Assembly: GCA_028707125.1 (NCBI GenBank)
Contig: JAQTUX010000001.1
Location: 822,528-886,527 of the forward strand
Direction: 5' to 3'
DNA length: 64,000 nucleotides
Source of the DNA: Candidatus Omnitrophota bacterium
Lineage (GTDB): Bacteria > Omnitrophota > Gorgyraeia > Gygaellales > JAQTUX01
The notes under the pieces are model-generated. The model made no database searches, was not told the DNA's origin, and worked only from the letters and a program-made list of their open reading frames with translations. The translations under genes were made by a program, and so were the position numbers. This document shows positions 20,375 through 32,887 of this stretch, piece after piece; position 1 is the stretch's first letter; each line of letters begins with the position of its first letter.

Positions 20375-20836
20375 GTGTTATTGACCGCGGCCAAACTGAT
20401 CTCTACGGGTTTTTTTCTGGGTTTTTGCCCTGTTATGCCGGGGACTGTCGGGAGCCTGGCTGGGTTAGGGCTGTCGTTTTTTCTCAATGGGCATTCTTTT
20501 ATACAGTGGTTAATTTTATTGCTGCTGTTTATCGCTGGCGTATGGTCGGCATCAGCGGCCGAGAGGGCGCTGCGGAAAAATGACCCGCCTCAAGTAATAG
20601 TTGACGAAATCTTTGCGATGCTGCTTATCGCGGCATTTCTGCCGCGCAATACCGCGGTATTGCTTGCCGCATTTGTACTTTTCCGCGTTTTTGACATACT
20701 CAAACCTCCGCCGATCAAAAAGATCCAGGGCCTTCATGCCGGTATCGGCATTATGCTGGATGACGTTGTAGCTGGTATTTATACGGTGGCGGTTATTCAG
20801 ATAGCGCTTAAATTTGCCCTGAAGAGGGTTTCGTAG
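20375..20836 (+). CDS. pgpA: Phosphatidylglycerophosphatase A
   Basis: PGTVGSLAG motif and PgpA-type membrane topology. Confidence 0.85.
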   Translation: MLLTAAKLISTGFFLGFCPVMPGTVGSLAGLGLSFFLNGHSFIQWLILLLLFIAGVWSASAAERALRKNDPPQVIVDEIFAMLLIAAFLPRNTAVLLAAFVLFRVFDILKPPPIKKIQGLHAGIGIMLDDVVAGIYTVAVIQIALKFALKRVS

Positions 20837-21384
20837 ATTGAGCCTTTGGGGGTAAGCGTGCTTTTGATAAGAGAAAGGGAAGATACCCTGAATGACCTGC
20901 CTGCTCCGGAGAAATGATCCTTCCTTGATTTTATTTCGTCAGCCAGTTTTAAGAGGTTCAGTGAAGAACGCACCCTGCCTAATGTCAGATGTGATTTGAA
21001 CTCTCTTTTTTCTTTGGGAAATCCCAACCGTTGCATTTCTTCCTCAATTGCCTGAGCGATCCTGCCGCAGGCATTTTCTTTGTCTTTGAGCCCTGCCCAG
21101 ACCACCCGCGGAGAGCCTCCCGGAGGGAATGTGCCAAGGCCGGAAAGAGTTGCCTCAAACGCGCTGAAACCGGCCGCGATCTTACTTAATGACTCATTTA
21201 TTTTATCCAGCGCGGCCACGTCCGTATCGCCGAGGAATTTTAAGGTGAGATGGATATTGTCCGGCTCCACCCATTTTACGTCCGCTCCGGTTTTTTTAAG
21301 CATATGCTGCAGTTCTTCAAGGGCGTCTTTGATTTCTTGCGGGAGCTCAATCGCGATAAATGCTCTTATTGTTTCTTCAGGCAT
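20797..21384 (-). CDS. thpR: RNA 2',3'-cyclic phosphodiesterase (2H/LigT family)
   Basis: Two HxT motifs (HLTLKFLG, HLTLGRV). Confidence 0.85.
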   Translation of the reverse strand: MPEETIRAFIAIELPQEIKDALEELQHMLKKTGADVKWVEPDNIHLTLKFLGDTDVAALDKINESLSKIAAGFSAFEATLSGLGTFPPGGSPRVVWAGLKDKENACGRIAQAIEEEMQRLGFPKEKREFKSHLTLGRVRSSLNLLKLADEIKSRKDHFSGAGRSFRVSSLSLIKSTLTPKGSIYETLFRANLSAI

Positions 21385-21842
21385 TTTAAGATCAGTTTTA
21401 AGGCCGAATCAGCTGACTTGTTCTTGATCTGAAGGCGGGTTCCGGAGAATTTAAATTTATTACAGGCAGATCTGCCCTTATAATTTACACAGACGAACAC
21501 AGTGCCTACGGGCTTAGCCTTTGTCCCGCCGGAAGGCCCGGCAGTGCCGGTTATGCTTACGCCGACAACGCTGCCGCCTTTTTTCTTCACGTTTTTTGCC
21601 ATACATACGGCGCATTGGCTGCTTACCGCCCCGTATTTCTTGATCAAGGAGCCGGGCACGCCCAGAAGTGTTGTCTTGGCCTGGTTAGAATAGGCGACGA
21701 CCCCCAGTTTGAAGAATCTTGAGGCGCCGCTTACGTTGGTTATCCTATGGGCAAGCAGGCCCCCTGTGCAGGACTCGGCAATGCTTAGGGTGAGGCCGTT
21801 TCTTGTGAAGGCCTCTTTGATCTTGTTTTCTAACGCGGCCAT
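21366..21842 (-). CDS. pncC: Nicotinamide-nucleotide amidohydrolase PncC (CinA C-terminal domain); start trimmed to internal ATG
   Basis: LSIAESCTGGLLA motif. The longer GTG-initiated ORF would overlap the FMN riboswitch and rib promoter, so internal Met (MAALENK) is preferred. Confidence 0.8.
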   Translation of the reverse strand: MAALENKIKEAFTRNGLTLSIAESCTGGLLAHRITNVSGASRFFKLGVVAYSNQAKTTLLGVPGSLIKKYGAVSSQCAVCMAKNVKKKGGSVVGVSITGTAGPSGGTKAKPVGTVFVCVNYKGRSACNKFKFSGTRLQIKNKSADSALKLILKCLKKQ

Positions 21843-21871
21843 AGGCCTATTATACCACAGGCGATATTTCT

Positions 21872-21899
21872 TGACATAGAGATTTTCCCTGATATAATA
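21872..21899 (+). promoter_or_regulatory. Sigma70-like promoter of rib operon (TTGACA-16-TATAAT)
   Basis: Consensus hexamers read directly, immediately upstream of the riboswitch 5' end. Confidence 0.55.
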
Positions 21900-21907
21900 A
21901 AACTTGT

Positions 21908-22065
21908 CTTCGGGGTAGGGTGAGATTCCCGACTGGTGGTTGCGCAGAAAGCGCACACCGGCGCTTCCTTTAGCGCCGGGTGTTATAGCCCACGAGTTCG
22001 CTGATAGGCGAGCAGAACCGGTGAAATGCCGGTGCCAATGGTAAAGTCCAGATGGAAGAAGGCAG
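21908..22065 (+). promoter_or_regulatory. FMN riboswitch (RFN element) aptamer
   Basis: 5' CTTCGGGGTAGGGTGAGATTCCCGACTGGTGGT and 3' CCAATGGTAAAGTCCAGATGGAAGAAGG match conserved RFN segments; located upstream of ribBA. Confidence 0.75.
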
Positions 22066-22092
22066 GCGGCATCAGGTTTGATGTCGGGAAGC

Positions 22093-22120
22093 CCCGAAGA
22101 ATTTTCGGGGTTATTTTTTT
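22093..22120 (+). terminator. Riboswitch expression-platform intrinsic terminator (CCCCGAAGAATTTTCGGGG + T-run)
   Basis: GC stem followed by TTATTTTTTT just before the ribBA RBS. Confidence 0.65.
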
Positions 22121-22133
22121 GGGAGAATAAAAT

Positions 22134-23336
22134 ATGAAATTCAATGAGATTCCGGAGATAATTGAAGAACTGAAATCAGGCAGAATGGTCATCGTTGTTG
22201 ATGATGAGGACAGGGAGAATGAAGGGGACCTTGTAATGGCCGCCTCATCTGTCAACGCCGAGGCGATAAATTTTATGGCCACGCACGGCAAAGGCCTGAT
22301 CTGCGTGCCTATGGAGGCGGGGCGGCTGAACGAATTGAATATCCACCCGATGTCTTCATACAACGACAGGTTCAGGACCGGCTGGATGGTCTCTGTGGAT
22401 GCCGCTTCAGGCATCACTACCGGAATATCCGCCGCGGACAGGGCAAGGACGGTACAGGTCTTGATCGGCCCCGGATCGCGGCCCGAAGACATAGTGCGCG
22501 GCGGGCATATCTTTCCGCTTAAGGCAAGCAACGGCGGCGTGCTTGTGCGCGCGGGCCATACAGAGGCATGCGTTGATCTGATGCGGCTGTCTTCTTTGTA
22601 TCCTGCAGGCGTGATCTGCGAGATCATGAACTCGGACGGCACAATGGCCCGGTTCAATGATTTGGCAGAGTTTTCCAGGAAGCACGGTTTAAAGATATGC
22701 AGCATAGCCGGTCTTATCCAGTACCGCCGCCGCTCTGAGAAGCTGGTTAAAAGGGCGGCGCGGGCCAAGCTCCCCACGGAATTCGGCGAGTTTGATCTGA
22801 TACTTTACAGCACCGAGATAGACAGTAGCTATCACACGGCTTTGGTAAGATCGCTTAAGGCCAACGATAGTGATCCGGTTTTAGTCAGGGTGCACTCGGA
22901 ATGTTTGACAGGCGACGTGTTCTCTTCTTTAAGATGCGACTGCGGCAGGCAGCTTAAGATCGCCATGGAGATGATAGGCAAGGCAGGCAGCGGCGTAATA
23001 TTGTATATGAACCAGGAGGGCAGGGGTATCGGACTTCTGGGTAAGATAAAGGCCTATGCCCTGCAGGACGGCGGTATGGATACGGTTGAAGCAAACCACG
23101 CATTGGGATTCGGCGCGGACCTGCGGGATTATGGTATAGGCGCGCAGATCCTGGTAGACCTGGGCATTAAGAATATACGGCTGATCACCAATAATCCAAA
23201 AAAAATTGTGGGGTTGGAGGGTTATGATTTGAAGGTGGTCGAAAGGGTGCCGCTTGAGATAAAGCCGAACCCCGCGAATTACAAGTATCTTAAGACAAAG
23301 AAAGAGAAATTGGGGCACGAACTGACATTGGAGTAA
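22134..23336 (+). CDS. ribBA: Bifunctional 3,4-dihydroxy-2-butanone-4-phosphate synthase / GTP cyclohydrolase II
   Basis: DHBP synthase N-half (RENEGDL) and GCHII C-half with CxCGxxxxC zinc motif. Confidence 0.95.
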   Translation: MKFNEIPEIIEELKSGRMVIVVDDEDRENEGDLVMAASSVNAEAINFMATHGKGLICVPMEAGRLNELNIHPMSSYNDRFRTGWMVSVDAASGITTGISAADRARTVQVLIGPGSRPEDIVRGGHIFPLKASNGGVLVRAGHTEACVDLMRLSSLYPAGVICEIMNSDGTMARFNDLAEFSRKHGLKICSIAGLIQYRRRSEKLVKRAARAKLPTEFGEFDLILYSTEIDSSYHTALVRSLKANDSDPVLVRVHSECLTGDVFSSLRCDCGRQLKIAMEMIGKAGSGVILYMNQEGRGIGLLGKIKAYALQDGGMDTVEANHALGFGADLRDYGIGAQILVDLGIKNIRLITNNPKKIVGLEGYDLKVVERVPLEIKPNPANYKYLKTKKEKLGHELTLE

Positions 23337-23352
23337 GAATAAGGAGGGAGCG

Positions 23353-23817
23353 ATGGTAAAGATAGTAGAAGGTAATCTGATAGCAAAGGGAAAGAAATTC
23401 AGCATTGTCGCATCAAGGTTCAACGATTTTGTCACAAAGGAGCTCGTGAGGGGCTGCCTGGATACATTAGTGCGCCATGGAGCGGATGACGCGGACGTAA
23501 AAGTGGTATGGGTGCCGGGGGCGTTTGAGATACCCGCGGTTGCCGATAAGCTGGCCGCGGGAAAGTCAAGCGACGCGGTGATCTGCCTCGGCACGGTCAT
23601 CAGGGGCGCTACTCCGCATTTTGAATTTGTGGCAAGCGAATGCGCCAAAGGCGTAGCCAACGTGTCTTTAAAGACGGGCAAACCCGTAATATTCGGGGTC
23701 ATCACAGCTGATACCATTGAACAGGCAATTGAGCGCGCCGGAACAAAGGACGGCAACAAAGGCAGGGACGCGGCCTTAAATGCCATAGAAATGGCAAATC
23801 TTATAGATAAGATATAG
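23353..23817 (+). CDS. ribH: 6,7-dimethyl-8-ribityllumazine synthase
   Basis: 154 aa, conserved lumazine synthase core (VPGAFEIP). Confidence 0.95.
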   Translation: MVKIVEGNLIAKGKKFSIVASRFNDFVTKELVRGCLDTLVRHGADDADVKVVWVPGAFEIPAVADKLAAGKSSDAVICLGTVIRGATPHFEFVASECAKGVANVSLKTGKPVIFGVITADTIEQAIERAGTKDGNKGRDAALNAIEMANLIDKI

Positions 23818-23819
23818 GC

Positions 23820-24239
23820 ATGAGAAAGCGCACGCTGGCGCGCGAATGCGCGCTGAAGATTCTTTATCAGGTAGACATTACCGGCTCCGGCTTTGAGAAA
23901 GCTAAAGAGGAGTTCTGTTCCGTTTTCAACGAAGAGTGGGATAATGAAGAGGTAAAGGACTATTCCACCATGCTTGTGGAAGGCGTGATAGAAAATACGG
24001 CGCGCATTGATAAGGAGATATCCGCGCACGCCACCAATTGGCAGCTTAAGCGCATGGCAGTGGTAGACAGGAATATACTGCGGCTGGGATGCTTTGAGCT
24101 GCTCTTCCGCGACGATATCCCTCCCAAGGTCGCCATAAACGAAGCCGTTGACCTCGCCAAGAGATATTCATCTAATGAAGCGGGCAAGTTCGTGAACGGC
24201 GTCCTCGACAAGATAAAATCCGATAAGGAAAAGGCCTGA
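23820..24239 (+). CDS. nusB: Transcription antitermination factor NusB
   Basis: 139 aa all-helical, conserved NusB residues; canonical ribH-nusB linkage. Confidence 0.9.
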   Translation: MRKRTLARECALKILYQVDITGSGFEKAKEEFCSVFNEEWDNEEVKDYSTMLVEGVIENTARIDKEISAHATNWQLKRMAVVDRNILRLGCFELLFRDDIPPKVAINEAVDLAKRYSSNEAGKFVNGVLDKIKSDKEKA

Positions 24240-24248
24240 GATACCCGT

Positions 24249-25058
24249 ATGAGATACGCGGACCTGCATACGCACACCATCTATTCAGACGGCACCTGCA
24301 CTCCCGAGGAGCTTGTTGATTCCGCCGTCAAGGCGGGGCTTTACTGTGTAGCCATATGCGACCATGACGTGGTTGACGCGGTCGGGCCGGCGCTGGATGA
24401 AGCAGCCAGGCGCAATATCGAGGTCGTGCCCGCCATTGAATTATCCGCCAATATAGAGAACGGAGAAGTCCACATACTCGGATATTTTATAGACCATACC
24501 GATAGGGCGCTCAAGGAGCGCGTTGCTAAATTAAAGGAAGCGCGCGTTGAGCGGGTGTTCAGTATCTGCGATAAGCTGAAAACGCTGGGGGTTGATATCA
24601 GGGCTGAGGATGTGCTGGATCTCGCCGGGCCGGGTTCCGTCGGCCGCCTTCACATCGCGCGTTTTATGCATCAAAAAGGATATATCTCTTCCGTCGGTGA
24701 AGCGTTCAGGAAATATATCGGGGACAGAGGGCCTGCCTATGTAAACCGTTTCCGCCTGTCTCCTCCTTCAGCGATCGATCTTATTGTTGAGGCGGGAGGC
24801 GTGCCCGTGCTTGCCCATCCGTATTCATTGCCTGACGATGGCATGATAGAGCAGTTTGTTTCTCAGGGCATAAAAGGCATAGAGGTTTTTTACCCGGAAC
24901 ACACCCCTTCAATGATAGAAAAGTACAGGGCCCTTGCCGCGCGGTTCAATCTGTTTATGACCGGCGGCTCTGATTTTCACGGTAAGGCAAAGGATACGCC
25001 CCTGGGCAGCGTGAGGGTGCCCTACGAGCTTGTGGAAAGGTTAAAAAATGCGAGGTAG
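24249..25058 (+). CDS. PHP-domain phosphoesterase of the TrpH/YciV (RNase AM / pAp-phosphatase) family
   Basis: N-terminal DLHTHTIYSDG, internal VLAHP, C-terminal GGSDFHG; embedded in the rib operon. Confidence 0.8.
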   Translation: MRYADLHTHTIYSDGTCTPEELVDSAVKAGLYCVAICDHDVVDAVGPALDEAARRNIEVVPAIELSANIENGEVHILGYFIDHTDRALKERVAKLKEARVERVFSICDKLKTLGVDIRAEDVLDLAGPGSVGRLHIARFMHQKGYISSVGEAFRKYIGDRGPAYVNRFRLSPPSAIDLIVEAGGVPVLAHPYSLPDDGMIEQFVSQGIKGIEVFYPEHTPSMIEKYRALAARFNLFMTGGSDFHGKAKDTPLGSVRVPYELVERLKNAR

Positions 25059-25071
25059 GGAAGAATTCTAT

Positions 25072-26148
25072 ATGCGCATGGCCCTGGAATGCGCTTTAAA
25101 GGCAAAGGGGCATACCAGCCCCAATCCTCTTGTAGGCGCTGTTTTAGTCAAGGGCAACAGGGTCATCTCAACCGGTTTTCACAGAAGGGCGGGCCTTGAC
25201 CACGCGGAGATAGACGCGATAAACAATGCCATAGGCAGCATCAGGGGTTCTACGCTTTACGTTACGCTTGAGCCCTGTTCCCATTTTGGCAGGACGCCGC
25301 CTTGCGCGGATGCCATAATCAAAAGCGGCATAAAGAAGGTGGTCGTAGGCATGAAGGACCCCAATCCCTTGAATAACGGCAGGGGCTTAAGCGCCTTGAA
25401 AAAGGCGGGCATAGAATTAAAGGCAGGGGTCCTTGAGCCGGAGTTGAGGGAAATAAACCGTCCGTTCATAAAATTCATTACCAGGAAAATGCCCTATGTG
25501 GTGGTCAAGGCGGGTATGAGTTTGGACGGCAGGATCGCCACCAGCACAGGTGAGTCCAAATGGATCACCTCGGATAAGGCGCGCAGATCCGCCCGGCGCC
25601 TGCGAAGCGAGTTTGACGCGATCATGGCAGGCAGTAATACGGTATTGCGCGATGACCCCTCTTTGGAGCCGGAACCGGCAAGGCCGGGTTATAAAAAGAT
25701 AATAATAGACAGGAAGTTGAGGATATCCCCGCGGGCCAGACTATTCAGGGGCGGTTCGGGGGTCATAATAGCGGCCTCCGATAAGAATCCCCTATCCAGA
25801 ATAAACAGATTTAAAGATAAGGCGGTTATACTGCCTGTGAGAGAACAGCGCGGCCGCCTGGATTTGAAGGACTTAATGAGGAAGTTGGCAGGGCTTGAGA
25901 TCACCAGCGTATTTGTTGAGGGCGGCGGAGAGCTTATCGGTTCACTATTTGATGCGCGCCTTGTGGACAGGGTAATGTTTTTTATCGCGCCTAAGATAAT
26001 CGGAGGCAGGGATGCTGTCAGTGTAGTGATGGGGAGGGGGGTGCCTAGCATAGCCAATTCCCATAAGATAACTAATCTCTCAGTAAGGAAAATCGGTAGA
26101 GATTTGTTGGTAGAAGGGGATGTGGATTCTACACACGTAAGTGTGTAG
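25072..26148 (+). CDS. ribD: Bifunctional riboflavin biosynthesis deaminase/reductase RibD
   Basis: CDA zinc motif HAEIDAI...PCxHxGRTPPC and C-terminal RibD_C reductase; last 7 codons lie inside a REP hairpin. Confidence 0.9.
   Translation: MRMALECALKAKGHTSPNPLVGAVLVKGNRVISTGFHRRAGLDHAEIDAINNAIGSIRGSTLYVTLEPCSHFGRTPPCADAIIKSGIKKVVVGMKDPNPLNNGRGLSALKKAGIELKAGVLEPELREINRPFIKFITRKMPYVVVKAGMSLDGRIATSTGESKWITSDKARRSARRLRSEFDAIMAGSNTVLRDDPSLEPEPARPGYKKIIIDRKLRISPRARLFRGGSGVIIAASDKNPLSRINRFKDKAVILPVREQRGRLDLKDLMRKLAGLEITSVFVEGGGELIGSLFDARLVDRVMFFIAPKIIGGRDAVSVVMGRGVPSIANSHKITNLSVRKIGRDLLVEGDVDSTHVSV
26129..26148. repeat. REP-type hairpin copy (CTACACAC-GTAA-GTGTGTAG)
   Basis: Perfect 8-bp stem/4-nt loop, same family as hairpins flanking the IS200-like tnpA. 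Confidence 0.55.
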
Positions 26149-26157
26149 TGAGAAATT

Positions 26158-26742
26158 ATGTTCACTGGTATTGTAGAAGAATTAGGCAAAGTAAAAAACC
26201 TCAAGCGGGGCGCCGCTATTTCTGTCCTGGAGATCGAAGCAGATAAGGCCTTGGAAGGCGTAAAGACAGGGGATAGCGTTTCTGTCAACGGCGCCTGCCT
26301 CACTGTTACAAAAAAAGATAAGAATACCCTGCAGTTTGACGTGATGAACGAGACGCTGAAAAAGAGCAATCTCGGGGAATTGAAGTTTAATCAGCCGGTA
26401 AACCTTGAACGCGCCTTAAAAACGGGAGACAGGGTTTCCGGCCATTTTGTCACAGGCCATATTGATTGCGTCGGAGTAATAAGGGATAAACGCCATATAG
26501 AAGGTAATCTTGTTTTTGAGATCGCCCCGCCGGCGAAATTCATGCCCTTAATTGCCCCCAAGGGGTCTGTCTGCGTAGAGGGCGTATCCCTTACAGTAGT
26601 AGATAAAAAAAGCGGCAGTTTCACCGTTTATATGATCCCGCACACCTTAAAATCCACCACCTTGGGCCTTAAAGGACATTCCGCGAAGGTTAACCTTGAG
26701 TTTGATATCCTCGCCAAATATGCCTCCACGGCATTATGTTAA
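26158..26742 (+). CDS. ribE: Riboflavin synthase alpha subunit
   Basis: MFTGIVEE N-terminus, two lumazine-binding repeats. Confidence 0.9.
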   Translation: MFTGIVEELGKVKNLKRGAAISVLEIEADKALEGVKTGDSVSVNGACLTVTKKDKNTLQFDVMNETLKKSNLGELKFNQPVNLERALKTGDRVSGHFVTGHIDCVGVIRDKRHIEGNLVFEIAPPAKFMPLIAPKGSVCVEGVSLTVVDKKSGSFTVYMIPHTLKSTTLGLKGHSAKVNLEFDILAKYASTALC

Positions 26743-26790
26743 CTTGCCAAATTACCCGTAATTTGATATACTAATAGGACTATAAATATA

Positions 26791-26828
26791 GGTACCGCAT
26801 AACGCAGCAGCGGGCGGTACCGTTTTTC
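26791..26828 (+). terminator. Intrinsic terminator after rib operon (GGTACCGC...GCGGTACC + GTTTTT)
   Basis: 8-bp perfect stem plus T-run. Confidence 0.6.
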
Positions 26829-26850
26829 AGGAATTCAATAGCGGGAAAAA

Positions 26851-26928
26851 CGGGGAGTAGCTCAGTTTGGCTAGAGCGTTTGGTTCGGGACCAAAAGGCC
26901 GTGGGTTCAAGTCCCACCTCCCCGACCA
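26851..26928 (+). tRNA. tRNA-Pro (anticodon CGG)
   Basis: Cloverleaf folded by hand: 7-bp acceptor CGGGGAG/CTCCCCG, U8A9, D-stem GCTC/GAGC, anticodon loop TTCGGGA, T-loop TTCAAGT, encoded CCA. Confidence 0.85.
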
Positions 26929-26936
26929 TCTTTATT

Positions 26937-29684
<2,748 letters not shown>

Positions 29685-29688
<4 letters not shown>

Positions 29689-30302
29689 TCTTTAAGCATT
29701 TAGCCGTAGGCAGCATGGGTGTCAATTGCTACATACTCGCGGATGAGAATACGGCAGAGGCGGTGATAATTGACCCGGGGGCAGAGGCGGATAAGATAAA
29801 GACGTTATTGGAGCGTTCAGGGCTTAAGGCGAAATTTATCGTGCTTACGCACGGCCACTTTGACCACATAGGCGCCGTCAACGCGTTCAATGTCCCTGTA
29901 CACGCTCATAGCGGCGATAAAGAGATGCTTGTCTCCGCCAGAAAGAACCTGTCTTCGCTTTTCTCCCGTTCCTTTGAAGTCAAGGCGCCGGTCAAGCCCC
30001 TTGAGGAGAACGATACGCTGACATTGGGCGAGATAGCGCTCAAGGTTATCCATACGCCCGGCCATACAGCGGGCGGCATATCGCTTCTTGTCCTGAAGCC
30101 GGTAAATGATATTATTTTCACGGGGGATACGCTTTTTTGTGACGGTGTGGGAAGGGCAGATCTTGAGGGATCGGACCAGGAGGCGCTGTTAAGTTCCATA
30201 AAAGACAAGCTCTTCGCCCTTCCCGATAAAACGGTGGTTTACCCCGGCCATGGCCCCAAGACCACTATCGGCTGGGAGAAAAAGCATAACTCGTTTTTGT
30301 AA
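29685..30302 (+). CDS. MBL-fold metallo-hydrolase (glyoxalase II-like)
   Basis: THGHFDHIG metal-binding motif. Confidence 0.8.
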
Positions 30303-30304
30303 GA

Positions 30305-31192
30305 ATGGAAGAATTCTTAGACACATTTCTTGATTATCTTTCGGTGGAACGGGGCCTGGCCCGGAATACCATCATCTCTTACCGCAAGGACCTGTCTTAT
30401 TACCTGAGTTTCTTGAGGGGGCGCAAAGTGGCCGCCCTCTCCGATACCACGAAGGAGCACATAACCGATTTTATGTTCAAACAGAAAGGCCGCGGACTTT
30501 CCGCGAACTCTATTGCCAGAGGCCTGGCAGCGATGAGGATGTTTTACAGGTTTCTGCAGCGGGAAAAGGTCATACCTCGCGACCCGACCGCGTTGCTGGA
30601 TTCCCCCAAGCTCTGGAAGAAGATCCCCGAGTCCTTAAGCCTGAATGAAGTTGAGGCGCTGCTGAACGCGCCGAATTTACGGAACGCGCAGGGCGTAAGG
30701 GACAGGGCGATACTTGAGGTAATGTACGCGACCGGTATGAGGGCATCGGAGGTAGTTGACCTCAAACTGGATAATATAAATAAAGATGTCGGTTTCCTGC
30801 GCTGCATAGGCAAGGGCAACAAGGAGAGGGTCATCCCTTTAGGCAGAAAGGCGATCTCCGGAGTGGACAGGTATATAAGCCAGGCCAGGCCCGCCCTGTT
30901 GAAGGGCAGGGAAAGCCCATATGTTTTCCTGAACAGGTTCGGCGGCAGGATCTCACGGCAGTCATTGTGGAAGATAATAAAGAAATACGCGCGCGTAGCG
31001 AATATAAAGAAGCCGATAAAGCCGCACATAATCAGGCATTCGTTCGCTACCCATCTTTTAGAGAGGGGCGCTGACTTGAGGTCTTTGCAGGAGATGCTCG
31101 GCCATTCAGATATCTCGACAACGCAGATCTACACGCATGTTGACAGGGACAGATTAAAGAAAGTGCACAAGTTGTTCCATCCGAGAGGATAG
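30305..31192 (+). CDS. Tyrosine recombinase XerC/XerD
   Basis: R...HxxR...Y catalytic set (IRHSFATHLL, LGHSDISTTQIYTHV). Confidence 0.85.
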   Translation: MEEFLDTFLDYLSVERGLARNTIISYRKDLSYYLSFLRGRKVAALSDTTKEHITDFMFKQKGRGLSANSIARGLAAMRMFYRFLQREKVIPRDPTALLDSPKLWKKIPESLSLNEVEALLNAPNLRNAQGVRDRAILEVMYATGMRASEVVDLKLDNINKDVGFLRCIGKGNKERVIPLGRKAISGVDRYISQARPALLKGRESPYVFLNRFGGRISRQSLWKIIKKYARVANIKKPIKPHIIRHSFATHLLERGADLRSLQEMLGHSDISTTQIYTHVDRDRLKKVHKLFHPRG

Positions 31193-31196
31193 GGTT

Positions 31197-32477
31197 ATGC
31201 GGGGATATATCGGAAAACTACCGAAGGATGTTGTTGGTTTGCTGAAAATCTGCGCGGATGCCGCGGAGGGGCTTGGTTTTCGCGCCTACGTAGTCGGCGG
31301 GTTTGTGCGGGACCTGATCCTCGGGGTGAGGAATCTCGATGTTGATATAGCGATAGAGGGCGGCGGTATCGCGTTCGCGGACGAACTTTCTAAAAAGCTG
31401 GGAGGCGAGGCAGTGCGGCACAAGCATTTTGGCACGGCAACAGTCGTATCCAAAGACGGTTTTAAGATAGACATAGCTACTGCCCGTAAAGAGTCATACC
31501 ACGCGCCGGCGCAGCTGCCCACGGTAAAGCCCGGCCTCATAGAGGACGACCTCAAGAGGCGTGATTTTACCATAAACGCGATGGCAATAGACATAAGCAG
31601 GAGCGGCTTTGGCCGGCTGCTTGATCTTTTTGACTGCCGGGAGGACCTGAAGACGGGAAAGATAAGGGTCCTGCACGACAGGAGTTTTATTGATGACCCG
31701 ACGCGCATAATGAGGGCGGTGAGATTTGAGCAGAGGTATGATTTCAGGATAGAGCCGCGCACGGAAACGCTCTTGCGCGAAGCGGCAGAGCTCAAGATGC
31801 TGGATATTGTCCAGAAACACAGGGTGCGCGATGAATTGATGCTTATGCTTAAAGAGGATGAGCCGATACGCTGTATAAAACGGCTGAATAATATATACGG
31901 TTTTTCCTTTTTGCATCCCGGATTGAAATTAGACAACAATATCTTCGGCCTGCTTAAGGATGTCGGCGGCGTCATAACATGGTTCAGGAAAAGGTTCCCT
32001 TCAAAGCGGCCTTTGGATACCTGGCTTATGTATCTTATGGCCTTGCTTGACAGGTTATCGGTCCCGGCCGTAAATGTGGTATGCGGCCACTTTGCCTTCA
32101 GGAGGGGCGAGACAAAGAGGATCATCTCTTGCAAGAAAGACGTTAACAGCGTCATTGGATTCCTCAAGAAGAAGGGCTTAAGGCCGTATTTGATATATAA
32201 GAAACTTGAACCCCTGACTTATGAGGTAATACTGCTTGCTTACGTCAAATCAGGGAGCAAGGCGGTAAAACAGAGGGTAGTTGATTTCTTATCAAGCTAT
32301 AACGAGACGAGAATATCGGTTTCCGGAGAAGATATCCGCGCGATAGGGCTGTCCCCGGGCCCGCGTTTTAAAAAGATGCTGGAAGAAATACTTTTTGCCA
32401 AAATAGACGGGCGGATCAAGACCAGGAAGGACGAGCTGGATTACCTTCGCAGGAAGGGCAAGGCAAAGAACAGATAA
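31197..32477 (+). CDS. cca: tRNA nucleotidyltransferase (CCA-adding) / poly(A) polymerase family
   Basis: Pol-beta head GGFVRDLILG...DVDIA. Confidence 0.75.
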   Translation: MRGYIGKLPKDVVGLLKICADAAEGLGFRAYVVGGFVRDLILGVRNLDVDIAIEGGGIAFADELSKKLGGEAVRHKHFGTATVVSKDGFKIDIATARKESYHAPAQLPTVKPGLIEDDLKRRDFTINAMAIDISRSGFGRLLDLFDCREDLKTGKIRVLHDRSFIDDPTRIMRAVRFEQRYDFRIEPRTETLLREAAELKMLDIVQKHRVRDELMLMLKEDEPIRCIKRLNNIYGFSFLHPGLKLDNNIFGLLKDVGGVITWFRKRFPSKRPLDTWLMYLMALLDRLSVPAVNVVCGHFAFRRGETKRIISCKKDVNSVIGFLKKKGLRPYLIYKKLEPLTYEVILLAYVKSGSKAVKQRVVDFLSSYNETRISVSGEDIRAIGLSPGPRFKKMLEEILFAKIDGRIKTRKDELDYLRRKGKAKNR

Positions 32478-32494
32478 TTCAGGGAGAGGATCAA

Positions 32495-32887
32495 ATGTAC
32501 AGGGCTGGGAAGGTAGCAGAGGCGATAAGGAGGGAAGTAGGCATCATAATACAAAAGGAGTTGAAGGACCCGCGCATGGGATTTGTGACGGTTACCAGGG
32601 TAGAGGTCACCAATGACCTGCGCTATGCCAAGGTTTATTTCAGCACGTTAGGGAAAAAGGAAGACGAACAGAAAAGCATAGACGCGCTTAACAGCGCGTC
32701 CGGCTATATCAAGCGGCTGGTTTCAGAGCGCGTTAAACTGAGGTTGTTCCCGGAAATGACCTTTATGATCGACCGCTCGGCGGAATACAGCATACATATA
32801 CAGGATGAACTGGATAAGATACGCGAACAGAAACAGAGGGAGATAGATGAGCTTAAAAAGGGTGAGAGAGGCGATAGAAAAGAATAA
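32495..32887 (+). CDS. rbfA: Ribosome-binding factor A
   Basis: KH-like RbfA core (VTVTRVEVTNDLRYAKVYF). Confidence 0.85.
   Translation: MYRAGKVAEAIRREVGIIIQKELKDPRMGFVTVTRVEVTNDLRYAKVYFSTLGKKEDEQKSIDALNSASGYIKRLVSERVKLRLFPEMTFMIDRSAEYSIHIQDELDKIREQKQREIDELKKGERGDRKE

Noticed and set aside
21843-21956. N-terminal 38-aa extension of pncC from a GTG start
   Set aside because: Would be translated through the rib promoter and riboswitch 5' end; conserved CinA-C domain begins at the internal ATG
21983-22777. 264-aa minus-strand ORF
   Set aside because: Overlaps the FMN riboswitch and is antisense to ribBA; not protein-like
22929-24029. 366-aa ORF on minus strand
   Set aside because: Antisense to ribBA/ribH/nusB, which have unambiguous homology on the + strand; no RBS; composition-driven open frame
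25689-26369. 226-aa minus-strand ORF
   Set aside because: Antisense to ribD/ribE
26744-26772. Promoter-like TTGCCA-17-TATACT between ribE and the terminator
   Set aside because: Located upstream of, not downstream of, the rib terminator hairpin, so its role for the tRNA is doubtful; left unannotated
26880-26936. Upstream TTG-initiated extension of the acyP ORF
   Set aside because: Overlaps the tRNA-Pro gene body; acylphosphatase homology begins at the internal Met
31286-32167. 293-aa minus-strand ORF
   Set aside because: Antisense to the cca gene; low-complexity S/R-rich translation
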